This document shows positions 15,701-27,610 of a DNA stretch of 64,000 nucleotides, in pieces; the stretch's first letter is position 1, and each line of letters opens with the position of its first letter. The stretch is from Ophelia neglecta (Eukaryota), in the NCBI GenBank assembly GCA_965285935.1, contig OZ260665.1:56296001-56360000 (forward strand), given 5' to 3'. The notes beneath the pieces are model-generated. The model ran no database searches and had not been told where the DNA came from. It saw nothing but the letters and a program-made list of their open reading frames with translations. Both the position numbers and the translations under genes were made by a program.

Positions 15701-18700
15701 GGAAGGCGGCACACATGAGCCCAACAACAATGGATTGCTAGTACATAGTGCATCGACTCTTGTAACCTGTATGTCTTCTCTCTACAGGGAGAAATATTTT
15801 GGCAGTTATCTACCCCTGGTATCCCCAATAATTGAAACCTTTCTGGACTAGACAAGGATTGATAAAGCACTGTTTTCGCATTTGTGCTTGGAAAGGGCGT
15901 CGGCAGCGGTGTTGGTGGGAACGTCGGTGGAAGATCAATTGAGAACTTGTCGTAGAGGTTGTCTCGCCTGCCGACAGAGTGGGCGTGGTCGAGTACTGCT
16001 CTGGTTTTTCAAGTATGAGACTGCCGTGTGATTGTCTGAGTGTAGGCTGGCCATTTAGTGTTCTATCTGATGTGCTCAAATCAGCAGAACCGCCTGCATT
16101 TTCAACACTTGTTTCCTTCTCATAACTAGGGGTTATCGCTTGCAAATTTGCATGATTACGATCCGCGCAGCCGTATAAAACAGTTTTTGCTGTTCGCAAA
16201 AAAGGGAAAGTCGCATACACTGGTAAGCGAAGCGCTTATTTGGCGAGCAATGCTCACACGACATTGGACGCTATTTTCCGCAACACTGGGCTCTAGGCGC
16301 AACAGTTTCAAATACTCTTTTAGGGGAGTACCCATAATCGTGTGTCGTATATCGTAGGACAAATCTCCACCTTGACGAAAGGCTGGTTATAATAATAATA
16401 ACACCTTATTGTCACTTGATTATACAAGCAGGAAGCAGGAAAAATAATACCCCAAAGCATAATAAACTGAACAGAATAGAGATCAACAGAGGTTAAAGAA
16501 TCCAAAATCAAATCACGTTACGATTAGGACTGGGCAACCAGTGTCGACTACCGGTATATCCTGTCATTAGACAAACGCAATAACAAATTATATCATTATA
16601 TGAACTACTGTGCACAGAATTATCTTAACAAAATAACAATACTGCATAGTATAATTAAAATTAACATATACATGTAGATTACGGCAAAAAATGATTGAAA
16701 ACATCAGGGGTAACACCTACTTCTATAAGGTACTCAACAAACAACGATGCTAGTGTAAAACATTTATTTTGTGTATTAAAGTACCAATCTAACGTACTGG
16801 ACGTGATCTGGTTGTTTTCAGTATATGCTGGCCCAGCTGGACGTGTGGCTTTGGGACCCGGCGGGAACATACCAAGTGAACCATAGGCTCATCTATATAG
16901 GCCTGAATAACAGACATGACCGGTACCAATGGTCTGACGGCTCCTCGCTGGCGTACGTGTCATCCATACACTAGTTAATAATCATTAAATAATTTGTGTG
17001 TAAAATTTAATAATAAGCCCTACAAATATCGGCAAAGATTAATATTAGTCATTATTCTTAATTGTGTGACGAAAAAAATCCAATCTATAGAAAGATGCTT
17101 AAAACTAAGATGAAAAATCTGCATATTATAATCATAGGCCTTATTATTATTCATATTTTCACGGTATATTTAAATATTATACGAAGAATTGAACTGGTTG
17201 CAGTTACTCGGACTGGTATTATCCACCCGAGGGTTACGAGCAGTACCCCCTACCGGAGGGGTCCACGGTAAAGGACCTGCTGTACATGAAGAACCCCCAG
17301 CCCACTGCCGACGCTGGCAGTCTTTGCACGGTCTTGTTGGTCACCTCGCCTTTCGGCTCTCTGAACTGGGCAAAACTACCCTGCGACTACCCGGTCTTTA
17401 GGGCAGGGGTCCTCTGTAAACTACCAGTTCCACTGTATTCCACGGGTAGGGTTATGCCTATTTTGTGTTTCATGTTTAAAGCTAAATACAAATTCTACCC
17501 TATGCCAACGACGAGTATCACAAACTTGTTGCCCTCTGGCACGGTATTTAGCGGTTAATATTCCAAAACATTTACTGTTATACCCCATTGTTTCACTCAT
17601 AAAAAGTGAAAAGAAACTAAATTGCTTATTTTGCCTCAGAAAAATTACAAGCGTCAACAAATGCAGTATTGTCAGAAAGGGCGAAAATTTTTCAAACAGC
17701 TGGACTGGGTAAGTATACGAAATACTTATAGAAATAGCATTAGAGTAGGTCTAGTGGGGCTGATTGTTTAATACTGCACAGTCAAGTTGTATAAATATTA
17801 TAAACATTCATTCACAGCCATTCGGTCCAGTAATTGTAGGCTAGTACGCTTACCACTTTAAAACTGTTTATATTCCACCTCCTTCCATTTAAAACCTATT
17901 CGTACTAACAGAGTGTGAGAATGGATGGTTTAGCATTAATGGACGATGTCGGTTCATGCTTCCAAATCGACTGTTTGGAGAGGAACCTTCCAAGGAGAAT
18001 GTCTCGTCCGACAATACATGTGCTCCCCTCGGAGCAATTGCTACTCCCCTTCAAGAAACGGAAACTCAAATTTTACGTCATTATCTGACGATCTGGCGCC
18101 ACCAGCCGGCTGACGGTAACATTGTGATTGGTGTGGGCGAGAACTGTCAGCTTTTAAAAGTTAGCAAGAAAGCTGTACAAGACGAGATTGTCAGTTACAC
18201 GGTGCTGACTCAGGATTGTTTGCTCACTGCCTGGAATGCTGTGGGTTTTGTTCTTTGTACAAAGGACCCTACAGGTGAAATCTATATCACAAAAATCAAT
18301 AAATCTTACATGTAATTAACTGATATAAATAACATGTAAGCTAATATGCATAGCTATTGGCTGGAAATAATTTGTGGGAAATTCGGAAGGAGGGTAATAA
18401 CATTTACCCAGTCAATGATTTTGCCCATTACACAGGCATATATATATACATTTGCTCCAGAGATCTTCATGTAAACGCAACCTGTATTCGGCGCTGCGCT
18501 CCCTGCGCTGCGCTTCGAGAAAATGATAGATAAGTATAACCCTGCTCTTAACGACTTCACGCCTCCCCCAGTGTACGTACGCAGAGCACCACCGTCAAAT
18601 TGCGCTGCGCATACAGCGCTGAATATGAGTAATCAATTTCATGCCATTTTAAAGTGTTTCTTTTCTATTCATTTTGTGTTTACCAGTGGTGCAGGAAAAG

Positions 18701-21129
18701 TGTGGAGCACACGAGTTTAGGTGTTCTAATGAGATGTGTGTTGGCTCTGACTACGTGTGTGACGGGCATGACGATTGTGGAGATAACTCCGATGAGGCTT
18801 CCTGCGGTGAAATGACTTTATTTATACTCCATTAAAAATAGTATGGTAAATTTGTTGCGTGGTAGATTATAAATTTGAAACACCGGGTTTCCCCCATTAT
18901 TGTCTGCCTTGTAGTAAGCGATTCATAGTTGTTTCCGGGGGATGGGGAAAGGTACTGTAAAATGGTGGCGGTGGCATGTAGTATTATTCAATGGAACGAA
19001 CGTTTCTTGTAAACTATCTTCCTAAAAGAAGCCCAAGAAAAATAAAACAAAATCAGCCAGGATTCACACGCACGAAATTATCTCACATTTGACTAAAGGG
19101 GGAAATGTATTATACCATTTTCAGACAATGATTTATAATAAACATTCAAGCCTTTTTACATGTCTGACATCCTCATTTATCCCTGCGGCGTTGTATTGGA
19201 CTCATTGAGTCTCACAAATATTAAACTGTTTGGTTGTAGCATACTGTAAAGCGCCTTCGACCACACTTGTTCTTTCCTATGGCAGATTGTAGTCCCGAGA
19301 GGTTCCAGTGTGACAACGGCAGATGTATCTCGGTGTCTCTCTACTGTGATTTCCGAGACGACTGCGGAGACAACACAGACGAGAAGAACTGCAGTAAGAC
19401 AAATGTTAAACTAAAGATACCCCGGATATTATATGACACGTGATTCATTAAGTGCATGGTGTCTTCGGCCGCGTCTTAATCATTAGATTGATTATACATG
19501 TTGTTGATCGGCTTATCAGAAAGAAATCATTTATTAGTGTCTTCCATCCCAATGAGTAACCCGGTAAGGAACTCGGGGCGGCTTGCGCAGCATTCAGAGA
19601 TCAACAGAGTGACATGCACTTGAAGCACTTACACGAAATCTATTTAAGATTTCGTTCTATTTACAACGTAGATAGCACTACTCTGCTGTAATTTCCTTCC
19701 TTAACCTGATTTATTTTGTATGTCATATCTTATACTAATTTGTGCAAGCACAACATTCATTTGCAACACGACTATATTATTTTGTCTTTTACTTTAGCGC
19801 GATCTTCTTATACACCGTTCGCGAACACATGACAAATAAAGAGCATCGGTTGTCAGTTAAGAGGATATCCGCATAACTGGTATCAAATGAAATGCAATAA
19901 AATATAAACCTCAGATTTGATGTCTGTAATTGATTGTATAGGTGTACATTTATTGGAGAAAGACAATATCACAATGTTCATAAAGTCCACATTTCATTAA
20001 TAATTTCGGTACAAAAAAGGCAACCCAACGGGCTCTACATTTTGACCGAATCCACATAGCAATTAGAAGCCGAAATATTGTGGCGTATTTAGTCCACAAT
20101 ACCAAAGATTTCGTCTTACCAGTCCGCTATCAAACTCAGGGCAAACAAATATCCGTTTTACTTTCAGATGTAAAGCGCCGCCATCAAACAAACTTAACTT
20201 ATTATATCCTTCGCTGCAGAGCAACACTATTTTAAGATATAACCCAGACTTATCCTAACTATAATATTGAATCGAATGGGACTAAGTTTTGTAATTGCTT
20301 TTTTATATTAAGCATTTTGCATTACAGTATTGGAGGTGTGCAGGAATGATCAGTTCACTTGTAACAACGGTCAGTGTGTTGATCAAAACAAAATGTGTGA
20401 CTTCCGGTTGACCTGTGCGGATGGCTCAGATGAAGGACCGAACACTTGTGGTAATGGACAAACTGCAGAATAATTGTAGACACCAATTAGAATTTATTCA
20501 TTGGATCCTCTCAAACAGACAAAAATAAAAATTAATTATACATGTGAACATGTTCAGAATATCCTCACTCACATCTTCTTCGGGTAAAAGCATCAAGTTT
20601 GTGCGAGTCAGTTTTTTCCGTTTTTAGAAAATAGATGCTCGGGATTTCTGTGCTACTCCGGTCGGTGTATTCACCCTTCATTGCAACTGGACGCTATAAG
20701 CGACTGTCCCGGTCTCTCGCTCGAGGACGAGGAGGAACAAACAAATGGTAAGAGATATCATATAAGCAGTGACAGCGTATATAGTTATAATGAGCGAATG
20801 CGCCTCCTCAACATTGTAATATTATATATAGGTATATATGTATGTATGTATTCATCTTTTATTATAGTGACATGTCAAATACCGTACAACTATATAATAC
20901 ACTACTTTTTAGTACAGGTTGCCCAGCTCATCCTGAGCTTCTGTCCCTTCAAATGACAGGTACTTTTACAATAATACAGCTGCCCCATGCGGCGCACACA
21001 GAAAACCAAAAGCAATCAAATGCAAACAATCAAATCACACACAAGTAGCCTCTACCAGAGACGTATTGTTGACTATATTGAAGACAAACAGATTCATTTA
21101 TTGAACAGAATCTGCTTTCTAAGAGAGGG

Positions 21130-21160
<31 letters not shown>

Positions 21161-24100
21161 GAGAACCATATATACATATATATGCCTTGCAAAATAATTT
21201 TGGAATTTAATATTAATAATTTGGAATTTGCTTTGCATATTTTTTTCATATATCTCAGGGTACAGTTGGCTTACATTCCCAAAAAGTTGTTTTCTAAATT
21301 GTTCAACAATTTTATTCACAGGCCTATTTGACCTGAACCATGACAGCGTTGGCGCGCATGGCAAAGGCACCTTGGAATCAAGACCCGAGCAGCAGGGTGG
21401 CTTGGTCCAGTGTCAGCCAGGCCAATCACGGTACTACCAGAGAGACCGGGCTTGTGTCTATGACACAAGGGTGGTGGATGAATTCACCGGCTTCGCTGTC
21501 CAGGATCATTGTCGGGATGGCGCCCACCTCCGTAAATATTGTGGTAAGTCGAGGTATAGTAAAAGGCTACACTTGTATAGCTTAAGAGAATGGAGAACGT
21601 GACAGAAAACTAATCTAGAAAGCTAGACTTAATTTAATAGTAATCCACTTTCACGGAGTCGTTGAGGCGCCCCCACTAGGACGAGCACCTCAGGCCTCAT
21701 TTTGAAGCGCTTCAAGTGCTCAAATCTAGACATCACTTTGAATGTTAATGGTATTTTCAGCGTCAATGGACTGTCTAGGGATGTTTCATTGTCCTGGCAG
21801 CTACTGCTTACCCCGGAGGAAGGTCTGCAATGGTCTGGTAGAATGCCCTGGAGGAGAGGACGAAAGAGACTGCCAAAGCTTCATATGTCCTGGTGGGTCA
21901 ACTGTACAGCGTGCAGCAAACATATAGGGTTGCGCAAACCACTAAAGATTTAGATTTAGTTTAATTCGTCAATAACAAAATAAACAGGAGAAACCATACA
22001 CATGTCCATGGATGTGACAAAGATGTTGTCCACGTACAGGCCACCGAGGTCTTCTCCTTTAATTATTATATAAAATGTGGCTAATCATTAATTATACAGA
22101 TGTTTTAAGTATAGTCCTTGTAGGCCTACTGCACAATGTCTCTATCCTTCATAGCAACCTCTGCTAAGAAGGTACAATGCCATACCGGGGTAATGAATCT
22201 TTTGAAAATTTGTGTCTTCAGGTCACTTTCGGTGTAAGTTTGGATCTTACTGCCTGAAACATAGCGAAATATGTGACGGCATCATCCATTGCCCAGTACA
22301 CGGCGAGGATGAAAAATACTGCGGTAAATTAGGTAGGGGCCCTTCATCTCTAAATAGAGTCTTCATTTAATACCAAAGATATATATCGCCGTACGTGTTA
22401 TACGATTTAAACCCAAGTCATTGGTGTGTTTGTGTATTAATTACCTTTATTTGTACAAATGTTACACACAGCTGTTATTATTTCCCTCGCACCCGTAGAT
22501 TTTTTATGTGACGTTGGCGAGTGTTTTGGGACAGTAGCCGACTTATCAAATAGATCTCTGGATATGTTGCCGACTCCAGCATCAATGGAGCCTCGTCGGC
22601 TAAGGGCCCTTTTCCTACAACGCAACAATCTTCAGCTACAAGAGACATACTTTAGAGGTCTTATGTGGCTGGGAAAACTAAACATATCACATAACATGTT
22701 AGTCACACTACCTCTTGGTATTTTTAATGACTTGGTGAATTTGTACGAATTGGACCTCAGTAATAACCTCCTCTCGGAACTGCATCCCGACATCTACATG
22801 GGCTTGTCTTCTCTGCGAACTCTTTTGTTAAATAGCAACATGCTCAAAGTGTTGAGCAAACTGATGTTTATTCCAGTACCGAGCATTACTCATCTGGTTC
22901 TTAATGACAATGTTCTGGACGATGTCCAACCGGACACATTTGCGAAGAGCCATAACCTGAAAGTCCTCAACACAGACGCCTATAAGTTTTGCTGTATTGC
23001 CGAGCATGTGAAGGAATGTACTCCAGAAGCAGACGAATTCTCTTCCTGCCAAGATTTGATGGCCAACTTTCAGCTGCAAATCAGCATTTGGGTCCTTGGC
23101 ATTTTTGCGTTCGTCGGTAACTTCTTTGTGGTAGCATGGCGACTGAAAACAGATCGCAACAAGGCTTCATCTTTCTTCATTATTAACCTGGGCATGTCAG
23201 ACTTCCTGATGGGAGGGTACATGCTTATTATTGCCAGTGTAGACGTGTATTACCGCGGAGTATACATAGTGTACGCCGACTATTGGACATCGAGCCATCT
23301 TTGTCAATTTGCTGGTTTTTTAGCTATGCTCAGCAGTGAGGTAGGTTTCACTGTCAACAGTACTTTGGTAAATGATATAAGTTGAGGTCCAGCGCGTTTA
23401 GACGTTTGCACACGTTGTTCTGAATTGTATATAGAAATGGCCAAATAATATAATTCATACAACATTTGTATTTTAGACAAGCGTTTACATGTTGACAGCG
23501 ATTACCCTTGACCGGGCCTTGTCAATTTTATATCCTCTAAAATTTGGCCACGTAAGGATGAAATACGCCCGGTTTGTAGCACTGACTGGATGGATTGGCT
23601 GCTTTGTTCTGAGCATTTTGCCAATGACCCGAATGTCTTACTTCGGCACCACATTCTTCGGTCGCTCAGGTTCGTTATTTTTTACCAGTAATAATGCCAA
23701 TCCGCATCTCCTGACTTTTCCTGTGAAGGTCGAGGGAGGGGGGGGGGGGCAACTATGAATGCTCATGTAGGGGAGGGGGGGGGGGGGTACTTCCACCAAT
23801 ACATGAATACAGCATTAGTATCACTATGTGCCACAAGAGTCCTAACACAGGGGTTCGTATCTGCAAGTTCAATTAATATTCATAAGGTAGGTCATTAATA
23901 TATAGTGCTATAGCAGACGACTACCAATATAACGTTATATTTGTAGTCGTCTGCTATAGCACTCATGCACTATATATTAAGGAGCTACCTTATGAATATT
24001 AATTTAACTTGCAGATACGAACCCCTGTGAGTCCTAGGCCTATTTTCTGTGGACGCAATGACTGTGAGATGTCCGAGATAGTTTTAAGCACTATCTTGAT

Positions 24101-26764
24101 TCCATTTTGACTATATTATCTAATTATGGAAAGGAAGGACAAAATATGCTTACAGTTTTTAAGCTCTATGTTCCAAAACCGGGGTTTTCGCTGGAGACGC
24201 AAGCAGTAAAACACACACTTGACTAGCCAGCCGCTTCTACCAGCCGCACAACCGCTACAACGCCTATGTTGTCCGTGCATGAAAGTGGCGCCATCTAGCG
24301 AATGGCTTTGTACTTACATGGATGTTTAAACGTTTAGTATAGGTCGGTAACAGTCATATTTTCTTAATCAATGTTCGCAAATGTCATATGATACAAATGA
24401 TAATAATATCAAAATAAAATAGATTTGATTTTAAATCAATTACCAACTTTCTTATAACCCAAGTATAGCACACGTATAAATTTAGGCATTAAAACTGCAA
24501 GGTTTCTTCGAAAACACGGACTAGGGTAAATGGCAAATGGTTCATGATTTTCAATTTGAAAGTACATGTACATTGACTTATAAATTTATTACATATTTGT
24601 TTTAGCGCATGCGCTCCAACTTTCGCTGTTAAATGATTTGAAATTACTAAACAGACTGATGAATATGTTCAGTAATCTCCTAGAAATATCTTAAAACAGA
24701 GCGTTGTTGATATTCCCGTTCTTCTATATATGTGTGGCTTCATTCGGTTTCTAGGGCATGGCAAATCCATTTACATATTCCGAATATTTATTTTAGACAT
24801 GATTTGCATACTACTTGAGCACAGTGATTTATGATCTCCTGAAAATAAATTCATACCCATTATAGGTGATTTTGGGTACACGGAAAACTTTTCAACAGGT
24901 TGAATCAAATTTCCGATCCACAGGATTATGGCTAGAGAAAGAAAAATGTCGTAATTAGCCTAAATGATAATATTTTGCTTAACGGTAACACCATGCTGCT
25001 CACTGTCACTTGTATTTCATCCTCAGGTGTCTGCTTGCCGTTTCAAATAAGCAACGAAAAATTATCTGGCTGGGAGTACTCCGTCTTCATCTTCTTGGTC
25101 ATAAATCTCATATCCTTCATCGTCATTTTTATCGGGTTGGTTTAGAAAATAGGAAGTGTCGATAAACCAATTTATAGGCTCATATTTGTATTATATGTTG
25201 TTAAATTTAAGGCACATGGCCATTTGCTTTGAAAGTGGTCAAAGACCATTCACAATATCACAATTAAGGTATATTATTAGTCTATAATGGACTAATAGGC
25301 TATTATATTTTAAATAAAGGTACGTGATCATTTTCCTTCGAGTCAAGTCCTCAATGAAGGAGATGGCGGAAAGATCGACTAACACTACAAACGAGTACAA
25401 ACTAGCCAAGAAACTTGCCTTAATCGTAGTAACAGATTTCATTTGTTGGGTGAGTTCCGTCAAATGACGTTGTTACGTTCGCTTATGTTATAGTGAAGTA
25501 GTTTTCTAAGGGAGAAAAGTTGGTATGCGAGTAGTCCTCACAACAATAGGCCTAATGTCAAATACTATAATCGATGCTGGTTTTCTTTTCTCTGTGATCA
25601 ATCGTATCCCCAACCCAACAAACACAAACATACTCTTTACAGTAGACTTCAAATTACGCTCCTTATGCTTTAATAGGGTGCGATCGGGATATTCGTTAAA
25701 TTTTTAATGGTCGCCCCCCTGTTCCTGTGGAACAGCTTTGGAATTAAACAAATAAGAAAGTAAAATAATAATCCCCACCGCCGCCTTCATATCATAAGTA
25801 AAACCCTAAGGACATAACGGAAAAGACTGTTGTACAGTCATTTGCTCTGAACGGCTTATGCTTCCTTAACCGATTATGTTTTGAGCTCCTTAAATTACTT
25901 TTTTATGTTTATCTTAACTTATCTTATATCTTTGGCTCCGTGTTTTCAGTTGCCAATAATTCTGATCGGTTTTGCCTCCCTTGCGGGTGCCCAAGTGTCA
26001 CCTCAGGTGTCCGCCTGGATCGCAGTCTTTATCCTACCCCTGAACTCGGCCGTCAACCCTCTTATCTACACGATATCCGCAATCGAGTGTGGGTAAGTAG
26101 TCTAAAAAATGCATGAGATATCTTCAATAGCCAACTGCTATTCGTATTTTTTATTATTATCTTCCTGGTCTTTTCATCTATAATTTATACGCAAACAGAA
26201 CTCGCCTTTTATTCCAGTTTGTTTTTAGGGCACTCTTTAAAGAATTTAAATTTAATTTGAAATATATATAAAGGATATTTTAAGTTTACGTTTTCTTCAT
26301 ATTCTTCTCCACTGTGAAACTTTTTAAACAGGTCTTTATCAAAATATTAATCGGAAAGATTCCAGCTCCGTTGAGGATTTTGGGTTTTAATGTCTAAAAG
26401 TTTAATATAGTTCCGTAGTTAATCAAACCTTTATTTGCATCTGCCTAAAAGAACACTTATAACATAAGGCTTATGTGATGGAGAATTAAGTTTAGATTAT
26501 TATTTCAGAAAGAAGCAAACCAAGCTAAGTAAGTCTTTTGGGAAGTCGACCCGACTCGACAACATGCCAGGGTCGGCTTTCACCAAAGCTGCGTTTATTA
26601 TATCACAACATCCTGTTACGGACGAAAGAGGAAAGACGGGCATTCACGTGACCGGGCAAGTTCGTGGGGCAGGTATGGTGGAGTCGCAAACGACGTATCG
26701 CAAACCGATTCTAAAACAGGCCAAAGACGACTGTTTGACAGCGCTAGCTGCGGGAAGGGATTGA
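600..26764 (+). CDS. GRL101-like (LGR type C / relaxin-receptor-like) GPCR with a greatly extended ectodomain; 5'-partial, 36 exons, >=~2,130 aa
   Basis: Phase-consistent exon chain: 600-746, 961-1182, 1505-1732, 2006-2128, 3307-3457, 7482-7628, 8133-8227, 8306-8485, 9384-9575, 9943-10136, 10314-10494, 10668-10823, 11854-12003, 12129-12269, 12704-12919, 13320-13423, 14878-14998, 15241-15431, 16822-16952, 17204-17445, 17640-17708, 17912-18274, 18687-18806, 19286-19393, 20328-20450, 20628-20747, 20918-20959 (optional), 21322-21543, 21761-21892, 22222-22323, 22499-23340, 23477-23669, 25027-25135, 25320-25449, 25950-26092, 26509-26764. The frame stays open throughout. LGR-C signatures: hinge FCC...[16 protein letters not shown]3 ITLDR, TM6 [13 protein letters not shown]7 [13 protein letters not shown]. 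No signal-peptide or start exon is visible in the window. Confidence 0.85.
961..1732 (+). CDS. GPCR exons: C-type lectin domain 1 (QPD-type)
   Basis: [26 protein letters not shown]...[18 protein letters not shown]...[18 protein letters not shown]...WRDYVC...GYICE. Confidence 0.9.
1383..1402. repeat. (GT)n microsatellite
   Basis: gtgtgt... run in GPCR intron. Confidence 0.9.
2006..2128 (+). CDS. GPCR exon: EGF-like domain (not in ORF track)
   Basis: [35 protein letters not shown], phase 1-1 exon. Confidence 0.9.
3307..14998 (+). CDS. GPCR exons: about five CUB or degenerate CUB domains
   Basis: [32 protein letters not shown] / [11 protein letters not shown] / [19 protein letters not shown]; [11 protein letters not shown]; CKWLLEG...[11 protein letters not shown]...GPFCG...LVVFYSD; [10 protein letters not shown]...WLLQGPEG. 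Some repeats are too divergent to count exactly. Confidence 0.75.
5420..5511. repeat. 46-bp tandem duplication (2 copies)
   Basis: gtgtaaaccattagtcttccg...tttggcaatatcaatt twice (5420-5465, 5466-5511), few mismatches. Confidence 0.9.
5700..6600 (-). mobile_element. Degraded CR1/L2-type LINE reverse-transcriptase remnant (may extend ~5100-7300)
   Basis: Minus strand encodes [19 protein letters not shown] (RT GVPQGS motif, ~6370-6435) and C-terminal ORF2-like [14 protein letters not shown]...[10 protein letters not shown]...[17 protein letters not shown], with stops and frameshifts. Confidence 0.8.
14713..16101. repeat. ~135-bp diverged direct repeat pair (14713-14849 and 15974-16101); second copy lies within a degraded element-like ORF region (~15440-16370, minus strand)
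   Basis: Shared core caagtatgagactgccgtgtgattgtctgagtgtag...ccatttagtgttcta..tgatgtgctcaaat; both copies translate on minus to [24 protein letters not shown]. Confidence 0.85.
15241..18274 (+). CDS. GPCR exons: C-type lectin domain 2 (with insertions) and a degenerate CTL-like domain
   Basis: [15 protein letters not shown]...[28 protein letters not shown]...[25 protein letters not shown]...WAKLPC...GVLCK; then [14 protein letters not shown]...GFVLCTK. Confidence 0.75.
18687..22323 (+). CDS. GPCR exons: LDL-receptor class A repeats (3 canonical, 1 degenerate, a Cys-rich spacer module, 2 more)
   Basis: [35 protein letters not shown]; [35 protein letters not shown]; [32 protein letters not shown]; [34 protein letters not shown]; [36 protein letters not shown]. 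Confidence 0.9.
21122..21164. repeat. (GA)n microsatellite
   Basis: imperfect gagaga run. Confidence 0.9.
22499..26092 (+). CDS. GPCR exons: LRR domain (about 6 repeats), hinge and 7TM rhodopsin-type domain
   Basis: LxxLxLxxNxL repeats, LGR-C hinge, seven hydrophobic helices with DR, TDFxCWxP and NSAxNPxxY motifs. Confidence 0.93.
23846..24029. mobile_element. 184-bp foldback MITE
   Basis: Near-complete palindrome cacaggggttcgtatctgcaagtt...aacttgcagatacgaacccctgtg centred on aacgtt (~23933); flanks agtcctaa / agtcctag form an 8-bp TSD with one mismatch. Confidence 0.85.
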
Positions 26765-26867
26765 CTTGGTAAAAGAAAACAGGTGAACCAACACTAGTCG
26801 ACAAACAAGAGAAGTTACAACCAAAAAGATTTCCAAGGACTTCAGCATCGTCAGATGGCTACTTAAG

Positions 26868-27610
26868 ATGTTCTCAAAACTAAATATTGCTACTTTCAAT
26901 GTGAGAGGTTCTACTCGACATCAATAAACGAAAAGACATTTTTAATGGCATCGTGGCCAAAATTTGTTTATTAATTTTCTACAAGAAACTCTTTGTACTA
27001 TAAAAACGCTTCTAAATAGTGCTTGGAAAGCAAAATTATATCTCTACAACAGACTTAAGTCACAGCAGAGGTGTGGCAATACTCATCAGTGGGTCTTTAG
27101 ATTGTGATATTATAGATTTTCATAATAGCGAGAATGGTCGAAAATTGATAGTTAATGTAAGTCAAAATAAAAAAAAGGTTTTATCACTAATGTGTATATT
27201 TGCTCCGAATAAGGATAAAAAAAAAAAAGATTTTTCGAACGCATAACAACATGGTCACAGAAGCAGATAAATAGTGATGAAAATTTTATACTCTCTCGAG
27301 ACTTCAACTGTTGTGTATTGAATATGACAGACAACCACGATCTCATCTGAGGGATAAGAGCAGAAAAACTGATCTAAAGTTAAATGAAATTTGGGAAAGC
27401 ATAATGATAATAAACCAGGTTTTACCTCGACAGATTGAAGAAATGGTACCAAAAAACTTGATTATACATTGACAGGTAAATACGAAATAAACAAATCAAA
27501 ACAGATTGTTCTAAAACTGTACTTTGAGTTGTACCAGCTACATTCATAATTACCCCTAATTCAAGAGGGCCTGGATATTGGAAGCTGAAGGCACCTCCAG
27601 CAAATGAAGA
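26868..27610 (+). mobile_element. Degraded L1/Tx1-type LINE ORF2 endonuclease domain
   Basis: MFSKLNIATFNVRG...FLQET...SHSRGVAILI...GRKLIVNV...IFAPN...DFNC...RGPGYWKL: APE-endonuclease and Tx1 motifs with frameshifts and stops. Confidence 0.85.

Noticed and set aside
18480-18630. Short inverted repeats tattcggcgctg / cagcgctgaata
   Set aside because: Probably a decayed MITE; ends and TSD cannot be defined
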